From contig JBIJDH010000038.1 in assembly GCA_044344255.1 (NCBI GenBank), positions 1-53,385 of the forward strand: a DNA stretch of 53,385 nt, in the 5' to 3' direction. A program made the translations under genes and the position numbers. The notes beneath the pieces are model-generated. The model did no database searches and had not been told where the DNA came from. It was given only the letters and a program-made list of their open reading frames with translations. Shown here piece by piece: positions 43,783-51,906 of the stretch. The first letter of the stretch is position 1, and each line of letters opens with the position of its first letter. Source of the DNA: Myxococcota bacterium (GTDB lineage Bacteria; Myxococcota_A; UBA796; UBA2385).

Positions 43783-46631
43783 TGTGTTCCCCCCATGCTG
43801 CAGAATGCTGCGACGACCTGCAGGAACGGGTTGGGCTCGGTGGTGAGCGCGGCCCCGACGAAGTCCACGAAGCGCTGGAACACCTCGTCCACGCGGCGCT
43901 CCTCTGCCGTGCGCGCATCGAGCTTCTGCCCGACGGCACCAGCGAAGTCGAGGTGCACCTGCTTCCTTTTGCGGCGCTGCAGCTCTGCGAGGCGGTCGAG
44001 CTGCGCATCCATCCGCGCCTGGAGCTTGGCGTCCAGCTCAGCACGATCCCGGATGACCTGGGCCCGGACCTTCTCGACGGCCGCGGGGAGCAGCTTCTGG
44101 ATCGCGGCGAGGTCGAGCGGGATGCCGACGTTCGGGATGGGCTGTGTGCCGAGCTCGGTGCGGCGGAGCAGGTCGTCGAGGCTCTCCAGCGCCTTGAACT
44201 GGCCGTCCCGGAACACCGCCGCGTACCATCGGTGGAGCACCGGCTGCGCTTGCCGGTTGGGGACCAGCCCGGACACGAGGATGATCCGCTCACCCGGCGC
44301 GAGCCCACGGGTGAGGCCGATCACCGGAGCGCTGTGGCGGCCGAACTGAGTGCGCACCCGATCGGCCACCCAGCTCATCACTGGATGGAGTGCCCATAGG
44401 AACTGGTGCTTCGGCCAGGAGCCCTCGTCGGCGCGAGCCTCGCGGATCGCGCGTTGCATCCGGGAGGGGTCAGCGGTCAGGCAAAGCGACTTCTCAGTGT
44501 TCATCGCCTCGGAAGGCACCATCCGGAGGCGTCGTTCGAGGTCGGCGGGCATGTCGAACTCGAGGTAGCGGTCGAGCTCCCGGAGCTCCACTCGGAACCG
44601 ACCGGCCCCTTGGAACACTTCGAGCGCGGTGCGCAGGTAGTCGAAATCGGAGCGGAACAACGACGTCGGCGGGCGCGGCGGGGCATAGAACGCCGGGACT
44701 TCCTTCGCTTCCGCGAGCTTCTTGTCCAACGGGTCGATGATGGCGAGCAGCGCGTCGAAAGCGTCGTCGGAGAGGCCTTCCTCGATCGCCTGGGCGGTCT
44801 GGGCCTCCTGCGACTCGATGTCGTAGGCCCCCGAAAGCGCGAGCGGATCGTCAATGTTCTTCGCTGCGGCCTCGTCTTTCTCGGCCAGCCTGGTGAGGAT
44901 GCGCTGCTCGCCCTCGATGTGCTCGTTTGCGGTCTCGACGCGGAGGTACTGGATGAGCGGCGTCTTCTCCTGCCCGTAGCGGTCGATGCGGCCATTCCGC
45001 TGCTGGTAGACCATCAACGACCAGGGCAGGTCAAAGTGGATCATCCGGTGGCAGAGGAAGTGGAGGTTGATGCCTTCGGAGGCCACGTCCGAGCAGATCA
45101 ACAATCGGATCGCCTTGTGGGGGTTGGCGAAATCCTTCACCATGTCGCCCTGCTCGACATCGGACATCGCGCCGTGCAGAACGGCCACCGCCGCCTTGGG
45201 GAGGCCCAGGTCGGCCGGGAGGTGGTGCTCCAGGAACTCCAGGGTCTTCACGCTCTCCGTGAAGATGACCAGGCGATCGGTGGCGTCCTTGCCGGACCAG
45301 GCCCACTCGCCCTTGCCCTCGCGCAGGAGCCGAAGGAGCCGTTGGTAGCGGCTGAACCCAAGAACTCCGATCTCATTGACGGTGTCGCGCAGCTCCTCCA
45401 GCAGACGGACCTCGGCGGCCCAGTCGTCTCGCTTCCGGCGGCCGGCCTTGAAGTCGGCTTCCAGGTTGGTGAGGCGTGTTGCCAGGGTCTGGACGCAGGC
45501 CGACGGGCTCGACAGGAGAGCCTTCTCCAGCGAGGTACGGAACAACATCGAGCCGGCGCGACGGTTGAGTCGGCTGTTCGCGAGCTTCGCCAAGGCGACG
45601 AACGCGGCCTCCTCGGCAGGGCTCGCCTGTTGCCGGGCATAGGCCACCTTCCGCTCGGGGAAGTGCGACTTCACCTCGCTCGCAACGTCGTGCTTGAACC
45701 GGCGGATGAACAGGCCCTTGATGTCGCTCGGCCCGTAGTCCTCGGGGTTGGCGATGGCGGTCTCGTCAAGCATGTTCATGAGGCTTGCGAAACTACGCGG
45801 CCGGCCGTCGTGGGGCGTCGCGGAGAGCAAGATTAGCGCGTCAGAGTGCTTGGCGAGGAGCGAGGCGAGGCGCGCCCGCTGGGTGAGATCGGAACCGCGC
45901 TCGGCCACGTTGTGGGCCTCGTCGATGACGATGACATCCCAGTGCGCCTTCTCGATGTGGCGGCTGTAAGCGTCGTTTCCCTTGAGCGTGTCCATCGAGA
46001 TGATGGCGCGGTCGTAGTAGTAGAAGGGGTTGTGGTTCGACGGGATGCGGTCGCGCACGCGCTGGATGCCGATGGAGTCGAGGCGGACCAGCGGGATCGT
46101 GAAGCGGCTCCAGAGCTCCTTCTGGAACTGTACGAGCATGCTCTTCACGGTCACGACGAGGATGCGGCGGCCGCGGCCGCGACGAATCAGCTCGGAGAGC
46201 AGGATGCCGGCTTCGAGCGTCTTGCCGAGGCCCACGGCGTCGGCGATCAAAATGCGGGGGCGGAGCTGCTGTAACGCCAGCCGCGCCGGTTCGAGCTGGA
46301 ACGGCATGGCGTCCAACGCGCCGAGATGGCCGACGCGGACGTCCTCGGAGTCGGGCGGAACCTCGCGGAGCAGGCTCTCGATGTAGAGCAACGCGCCGCG
46401 GTGCTGGGCGGATGGGTCGTGGACGAGGGCAGTTTCGGCAGGGTCCAGCACCCGAACATCGGTCTCGTACTCGTCGAGGAAGATGGCCTCGCGCTCGCGG
46501 ACGACCTCGGACACCCCGATCACCCTGATTGCGCGCCCACCGGAAGAGGAAGGGGTGACCTGGACCACGCGCCAGACGGCGTCGCGGATCTCGACATGGG
46601 CACCGGGGGCAATGGGGAGGGGGTCGGGCAT
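43779..46631 (-). CDS. SNF2/RapA-family helicase (DrmD-like)
   Basis: LIADAVGLGKT, VIDEAH, LSATPH, SEGINL, QQRNGRIDRYGQ. ATGA-coupled to the MTase gene. Confidence 0.92.
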   Translation of the reverse strand: MPDPLPIAPGAHVEIRDAVWRVVQVTPSSSGGRAIRVIGVSEVVREREAIFLDEYETDVRVLDPAETALVHDPSAQHRGALLYIESLLREVPPDSEDVRVGHLGALDAMPFQLEPARLALQQLRPRILIADAVGLGKTLEAGILLSELIRRGRGRRILVVTVKSMLVQFQKELWSRFTIPLVRLDSIGIQRVRDRIPSNHNPFYYYDRAIISMDTLKGNDAYSRHIEKAHWDVIVIDEAHNVAERGSDLTQRARLASLLAKHSDALILLSATPHDGRPRSFASLMNMLDETAIANPEDYGPSDIKGLFIRRFKHDVASEVKSHFPERKVAYARQQASPAEEAAFVALAKLANSRLNRRAGSMLFRTSLEKALLSSPSACVQTLATRLTNLEADFKAGRRKRDDWAAEVRLLEELRDTVNEIGVLGFSRYQRLLRLLREGKGEWAWSGKDATDRLVIFTESVKTLEFLEHHLPADLGLPKAAVAVLHGAMSDVEQGDMVKDFANPHKAIRLLICSDVASEGINLHFLCHRMIHFDLPWSLMVYQQRNGRIDRYGQEKTPLIQYLRVETANEHIEGEQRILTRLAEKDEAAAKNIDDPLALSGAYDIESQEAQTAQAIEEGLSDDAFDALLAIIDPLDKKLAEAKEVPAFYAPPRPPTSLFRSDFDYLRTALEVFQGAGRFRVELRELDRYLEFDMPADLERRLRMVPSEAMNTEKSLCLTADPSRMQRAIREARADEGSWPKHQFLWALHPVMSWVADRVRTQFGRHSAPVIGLTRGLAPGERIILVSGLVPNRQAQPVLHRWYAAVFRDGQFKALESLDDLLRRTELGTQPIPNVGIPLDLAAIQKLLPAAVEKVRAQVIRDRAELDAKLQARMDAQLDRLAELQRRKRKQVHLDFAGAVGQKLDARTAEERRVDEVFQRFVDFVGAALTTEPNPFLQVVAAFCSMGGTQ

Positions 46632-46906
46632 TGTGGCGGCGACACATAACGGGCCAGCGGCGCGGCTGGGGAGCCTGCCGAGAACTTGAGAAGTTCGGGG
46701 GCTGCCGTCAGCAAGTGTGGTACTGCGGACCCGCTCACTCTACTGTGCGACCAGCGATGCACCCCGATCGGACCGCAGCCTCCCGAAGCTCAGACGCACT
46801 TCAGGTGCAGGAGCGGCCGAAAAGGTTCGGACCCCTTCAACCACCGAGAGCCATACCGTACCTGCCTGTAGATGGAACCCAGATGTTGACCTCCTGGGTG
46901 ACCTCG

Positions 46907-47866
46907 ATGAAGATACCCGAGGGAACGGGCGAAAGGCAGACTCGACCCTCCATGCAGGCCCTCCGGCGTTCACGCCGGGGGGCTTTTGCGCTTCTGGGTC
47001 GCCCCAGCGCGGGTGGCGCTCCCCTCGTCGATGCTGCCGGGGCGCCGTCCTCCTCCACCGCCGTACCCGTGATCTCGGTGGGCCGGGACGGCAAGCCGCT
47101 CCAGACGGATCGCGAATCGGGCCAAGCCCCAGCAAAGGGAGCAGGCAGACGACGCGGAATCGGGCCACGCGAAACGGAATCGGGCCACGGAATCGGGCCA
47201 ACCCCTCCCGACCCCTGGGCGGCCCGGATCCAGAAGGTGCGGGCCGCCCTCGACAGGGCCCGGCGCTTCCAGGGTTGGATGCTCGCCCAGGCCGACCGCA
47301 CCGCCGCCGATGTCGCCCGTCGGGAGAAGCTCACCCGGGCCCGCGTCAGCCAGCTCCTCCGCCTGCTCAAGCTCGCCCCGGAGATCATCGCCGACATTGA
47401 CCGGCCAGGGCGCACCGGACGGGTGCTCGGGGAACTGGAGCTCCGCCAGCTCGCCGGCCTCGGCCGAAAGGAGCAGTTGAAACTCTACCGCGCGAAGCTC
47501 GGGCTCGACGAGCAGGGCAAGGTGACCGCCGAGGGGAGGGCCGCCGAGGCGGAGGTACGGCCGCAGCAGGCCCGCAACCGGGGCCTGGCCCAGCACCTCG
47601 CGCGTGCCCGGCGCTACCGGGAGCTGGTGGAGTCGGGGCGATTCCAGACGATGACGGAGCTGGCGATGTCGGAGGGGGTGTCGGTGTCCCGTGTGAGCCA
47701 GCTCCTCAACCTGCTTGACCTGCACCCCGACATCATTGCGGCCATTGACGTACCGCAGGAGCGGGAGCCATCGGTGACGGAGCGGGAGCTGCGGAAGATC
47801 GCGGTGATCCTCGACAAAGATCGGCAGATCAGGGAGTGGAGGAGGCTCAACCCCACCGATCGGTAG
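46907..47866 (+). CDS. Protein with two tandem ParB/Spo0J-type HTH modules (start uncertain)
   Basis: Internal duplication ARREKLTRARVSQLLRLLKLAPEII...ELELR and AMSEGVSVSRVSQLLNLLDLHPDII...ERELR. The N-terminal ~100 aa look non-conserved. Confidence 0.7.
   Translation: MKIPEGTGERQTRPSMQALRRSRRGAFALLGRPSAGGAPLVDAAGAPSSSTAVPVISVGRDGKPLQTDRESGQAPAKGAGRRRGIGPRETESGHGIGPTPPDPWAARIQKVRAALDRARRFQGWMLAQADRTAADVARREKLTRARVSQLLRLLKLAPEIIADIDRPGRTGRVLGELELRQLAGLGRKEQLKLYRAKLGLDEQGKVTAEGRAAEAEVRPQQARNRGLAQHLARARRYRELVESGRFQTMTELAMSEGVSVSRVSQLLNLLDLHPDIIAAIDVPQEREPSVTERELRKIAVILDKDRQIREWRRLNPTDR
47114..47200 (+). repeat. Four exact copies of GAATCGGGCCA
   Basis: At 47114-47124, 47157-47167, 47177-47187 and 47190-47200. 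Confidence 0.85.
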
Positions 47867-47936
47867 CACTCCAATACTCTCACCACCGATCCCAACTAGC
47901 TGGTTGCTGAATAGGATGCCATACGTAGGGGCGAAC

Positions 47937-48767
47937 ATGTCAATACTCACGTACCTGGCTCTTGAATCATCCCCTCCTCCACCTCCTAAGCCATTTTTCG
48001 TTGGCCCAACCACCGGCCTTCGTACCGAAGGTTGCTATCTTTCGGCCACCGACAATTGCGATGGCCCGCTGAGTCGTGAACACTATCTCTCAAGAGCAAT
48101 TTTGACTCAAATGAATGGACTCAAAGTTGTTGGACCAACATGGGCGGGTCCAACAGGCAAGGTAGTTGGAGTCGAGTCGCTGACTGCCCGAATTCTCTGC
48201 ACGCGCCACAATAGTGGTCTGACGGAGCTGGACACAGCAGCAGCGGAAGTATTTCGAGCCCTACGTGGGCCGACAAGCCAACAGATCGTGAATGGTGCTT
48301 TGTTCGAAAGATGGATCCTCAAATTTGCAGTGGGTGGAATCTGGGCGAACTTTCTGACCACGCGAGTACCCAACGAACCTCCTCCGCCAATGACGATAGA
48401 AGCAACAAACTGGCTCATCGGCAATCGTCACCTTCCCATCGGTTACGGGCTACACATCGTACACAATGACTACTCCGTTCAGGCAAGACATGGTCAACTC
48501 CCCCTCCCCGATATCGACAAAACGATCAAGGCGGTACCCTGCATAAACGAGCATGGACAAATGGTAGCATTGTCGCTTTCGTTGTGTGGAATTTCGTTTC
48601 TTCTGGTACTCGGCGACGAGGACTCCTGGCAGAAGTACACGCCGTATAAAGTGACCTATCGACCGAGCCAGATGGAACTTCAACGACGCGACGCTACAGT
48701 TCTCATAAAGTTCGACTATCTCGGTTTGCCTCACGGTGGAGAGGTCGCCGCCAAGTACCGCGGATAA
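47937..48767 (+). CDS. Lower-GC hypothetical protein with an N-terminal HNH-like Zn motif
   Basis: CYL...NC...SREHYLS...ILCTRHNSGL. AGGGG RBS before ATG 47937. Confidence 0.65.
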   Translation: MSILTYLALESSPPPPPKPFFVGPTTGLRTEGCYLSATDNCDGPLSREHYLSRAILTQMNGLKVVGPTWAGPTGKVVGVESLTARILCTRHNSGLTELDTAAAEVFRALRGPTSQQIVNGALFERWILKFAVGGIWANFLTTRVPNEPPPPMTIEATNWLIGNRHLPIGYGLHIVHNDYSVQARHGQLPLPDIDKTIKAVPCINEHGQMVALSLSLCGISFLLVLGDEDSWQKYTPYKVTYRPSQMELQRRDATVLIKFDYLGLPHGGEVAAKYRG

Positions 48768-50170
48768 TACCATCGGGTCAGGCTTTTGCTCACCGCAACG
48801 ATCAATTCGACCCGAACCATCTCCGCAAGAAGCCGCCCCGCCGTCCTCTCCGGAAGCCCTACAACCTCGACCACCTGCTGCCGTGTAATGCTGCCCTACC
48901 TCCGCTCCAGCTCAAGGACCGCTTCCCACCGCGGATCCGAAGCGACCGGCTCTGCCGCATTCGCCTCCGGAAGCCGATAACGGCACCCCTTCCCCCGCCC
49001 GCTGGTCTCCACCTTTCTGGCCTTCACCAGATCGGAGAGCTCCCGCCAGACCGTCGTCCGGGGCACCAGCAGCGCCGCGATGATGTGCCCCTTGCCGACT
49101 TCGCCCGCGTTGGCCAGATGCGCGAGGATGCGCTCCTGGAGAGACGCCTCGACGGGTGGCAGCTCCAGCGAAGCGCGAACATCGGCACCGGTGATCGTCT
49201 TCCGTTCCCCGTCAATTGCGGCCTTGAGCAGCGCACCCTGAAGCTCACGGACGTTTCCGGGCCAGTGGTGGCCGCGCAGCGCGGATCCGACCGCGCGAGC
49301 CAGATCCCGAGGGCCCACGCTAGGCCGTGCGGCGAAGCCCTCGACGATGTGTCGGGAGAGAAGGAGCAGATCATCGCCCCGCTCGCGGAGTGCTGGCGGG
49401 ACCAGCTTGAACACGGACAGACGGAAGAAGAGGTCTCATTGAGAAAGGTGCCGGCCGCGACCATCGCCGACAGTTCCAGCTTGGTGGCGGCGACGAAGCG
49501 CACATCGACCTTCCGGCCACCGTCCAGCCGGATCTCCCGCTCCTGGATGACGCGGAGCAGCTTCGCCTGCAGGTCGAGGGGCAGCTCTCCGATCTCGCCC
49601 AGGCAAAAGGTGCCGCCGTGAGCCTCGGCGACCAGGCCGCGCTTTTCAGTAACAGCCCCCGTGAAGGCACCCCGGGCATGGCCGAAGAGCTTTGCCTCTA
49701 CGATCGACGCGGTGCCAAGTATAGATGGTTGCCTACTCCCCGAGACGCGATCGGCGGCTGCAGCGCTCATTGGAAGTAGACCGGGGTGTGCTCACCAGGG
49801 GTAGTCCACCTGCGTGCTGGTCCTTGCACGGTCTCGGTGGTTCAGTTATGCCTTTGGTCGGTCGGCACCTCGGTGGTTCATGAGGTTGTTCGGCCAGCCG
49901 AACACCGAAAAGCTGGCGTTCGAGGGCCGCCGGCCGCACTTCCGCTCCCATGGATGCCCCCTGAGGACTCCCTGGAAGCTCATCGAAGGGCCTCCGTGCG
50001 GGGCCCCCGCCCCCCGCCGCCAGCGTAGCTGACCGGTGGCGACTCCAACCGGGGTGGACTACTTCCGGTGAGCAGAAGTGGTCTACTTCTGGTGAGCGCT
50101 CAAGTCGGCGGGCACGTGGAGGAAAACCAGTCCGCGGTGCGATGGCCTACCACTCTCACCTCCCGGTGCG
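48760..50170 (-). pseudogene. Sigma-54-dependent activator (NtrC-type AAA+) with C-terminal winged HTHs, degraded
   Basis: LFGHARGAFTGA, degenerate Walker B (FCLGEI), LQAKLLRV, VRFVAAT. Frameshift near 49430 to PPALRERGDD...WPGNVREL. In-frame TAG at 48896-48898 precedes a further HTH-like segment. The 5' part is interrupted by a miniature IS. Confidence 0.85.
49758..50104 (+). mobile_element. 347-bp miniature (internally deleted) IS21-like element
   Basis: Imperfect ~50-bp inverted ends with internal sub-repeats (GCTCAnnnGAAGTAGWCC). Flanked by a 7-bp direct repeat TCGGCGG at 49751-49757 and 50105-50111. Confidence 0.8.
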
Positions 50171-50482
50171 CACGTTCCCATCGAAGCGGCCCCTACCCAC
50201 CCGGAACCGGCCCCGCGAAGCGGTCCGTCGCTACCAGCCCCGCCAGCCTCGATCCCCAACCCGTGCGACAGGTCTACGGGACTCGCAAACCGGCGCCCGC
50301 GGTCGTTTACTCTCCATCGCTGGCGCCAGTTAATCGCGCGTATGCTCACCGAGCTCGTTAGGGTGGTCGGGTAGTTTGCCGGACGGGTGGTTTCGAGCCC
50401 ATTCAAAGTGCTGGTCCGTGCGTGGGCTTGCACCTAGGCTTCGGGAAGCCTCCACTTCCAGACGCGTCAAAAGGAACAGCAC

Positions 50483-50905
50483 ATGTCAAGCGCCGAAACT
50501 GATGTGAAGAGAAAGAAAAAAGAATCGATCGACCGCGTGCTTCAGCAAATTTACAATCGTTGGACATCAACAGGTATGTTGTCGCCATTGGTGCGGGCCC
50601 CTACCTTGACCGGACCTGGACAGGCCAACGATTGTTATAGGTTCGGGCTACCCAACAATAAGCATGGAACACTTACCCTCCGCTGGGACGACAAGGTGAT
50701 AATTGAGGCAAGATACTACGATCTGCGCTTCGTCCCTGCTCCTTATGACGTGAGGCTGGTGTGGGATGAAGCAACGGGAGAGTATGTTCCAATTGATAAG
50801 GAAGTAACAGCGTTATCGGTCGTAGACGACATGATCAAAAGGCTCAGACACAACCCCCCTGATCCCATGGAGCCGGTATCGCCCCGCGGAAGCAATAAGT
50901 CGTGA
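50483..50905 (+). CDS. Hypothetical protein (140 aa, lower GC)
   Basis: AAGGAA RBS and a natural-looking composition. No motif recognised. Confidence 0.6.
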   Translation: MSSAETDVKRKKKESIDRVLQQIYNRWTSTGMLSPLVRAPTLTGPGQANDCYRFGLPNNKHGTLTLRWDDKVIIEARYYDLRFVPAPYDVRLVWDEATGEYVPIDKEVTALSVVDDMIKRLRHNPPDPMEPVSPRGSNKS

Positions 50906-51101
50906 ACAAACAAAACTCGACATTCCGGATGCGTTCATGGCTGCCGCATGGCGGCTATGCTGCGGTGGGGTCGGAACTTTTCGCTTAGCACTTGGCCGCG
51001 TTCCAGGCCGCCCACGGCGCTTCCCAGACGCCCCTCCCAAGATGAAACGGATGCTTATGTGGAGAGTCCTGACTCCATCTCTTTGGCGACCCTCATGGAA
51101 G

Positions 51102-51824
51102 TCATCGCTTCACCCCTTCGAGGTTGGCACCTTCGAGGTTGGCGCCTTCGAGGTTGGCACCTTCAAGGTTGGCGCGGGCCAGGTTGGCGCCGCGCAAGTC
51201 AGCGCCGCGGAGGTCGGCGCTGCGGAGGTCCGCACCGGGGAGGTCGGCCAGGGCGAGTTCGGCCTCCTGGAGGATGGTGCTAGCGATGTCCGCGATAAAG
51301 CTGTTGCGGCTGAGTTCGCCGCCGGCGAAGCCGGTGAAGGTGAGGTTGGCGCCACGGAGGTCGGCGTCGCGGAGGTCAGCGTCGCGGAGATCGGCGAGGA
51401 GGTCGGCGCCGTTGAGGTGAGAGTCACGGAGGATGGCGCGGGTAAGGTCGGCGCCGTTGAGGTTGGCACCGACGAGATTCGCGCTGGTGAGATTCGCCCC
51501 GCTAAGCTTGGTGGCGACGAGCTCCGCCCGGGTCAGGTCGGCACCGCGGAGGTCCGCTCCGTTGAGGTCGGCGCCGTTAAGGTCAGCACTGTTGAGATCG
51601 GCGCCACGGAGGTCCGCGCCGCGGAGGTCCGCGCCGCTAAGGTCAGCACTGTTGAGATCGGCGCCGCGGAGGTCGCCACCACGAAGGTCGGCGGTACTGA
51701 GTTTGGCGCCGCGGAGCTTGGCGTCGCGGAGCTTGGCGTGCCTTTGGTACCAAGCTCCGCGGAGCTTGGCACCGCGGAGGTCGACACCAGCCATGACGGC
51801 GGCCTCCAATTCGCCCTTATTCAT
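51102..51824 (-). CDS. Pentapeptide repeat protein
   Basis: Dozens of A(D/N/K)L(R/S/N/E)G units. GGAGG RBS upstream of MNKGEL. Confidence 0.9.
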   Translation of the reverse strand: MNKGELEAAVMAGVDLRGAKLRGAWYQRHAKLRDAKLRGAKLSTADLRGGDLRGADLNSADLSGADLRGADLRGADLNSADLNGADLNGADLRGADLTRAELVATKLSGANLTSANLVGANLNGADLTRAILRDSHLNGADLLADLRDADLRDADLRGANLTFTGFAGGELSRNSFIADIASTILQEAELALADLPGADLRSADLRGADLRGANLARANLEGANLEGANLEGANLEGVKR

Positions 51825-51906
51825 CAGCCACCTCCAGCGGATTCGCGTGCATTGCAGCCATATCCCACTCGTGACGCAGGCGACGAATTCGGCTACGGAC
51901 GCCGAG

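Noticed and set aside
97..46274. Many long antisense or alternate-frame ORFs (e.g. 971-2890, 8189-9766, 10112-11890, 13278-15017, 20613-22505, 31873-33411, 40981-42411, 44406-45836)
   Set aside because: Shadow ORFs typical of high-GC DNA, overlapping genes that have clear motifs and translational coupling.
51110..51790. 15-bp tandem DNA repeats as a separate element, and + strand ORFs 50937-51992 and 51433-52548
   Set aside because: Fully explained by the minus-strand pentapeptide coding repeat.
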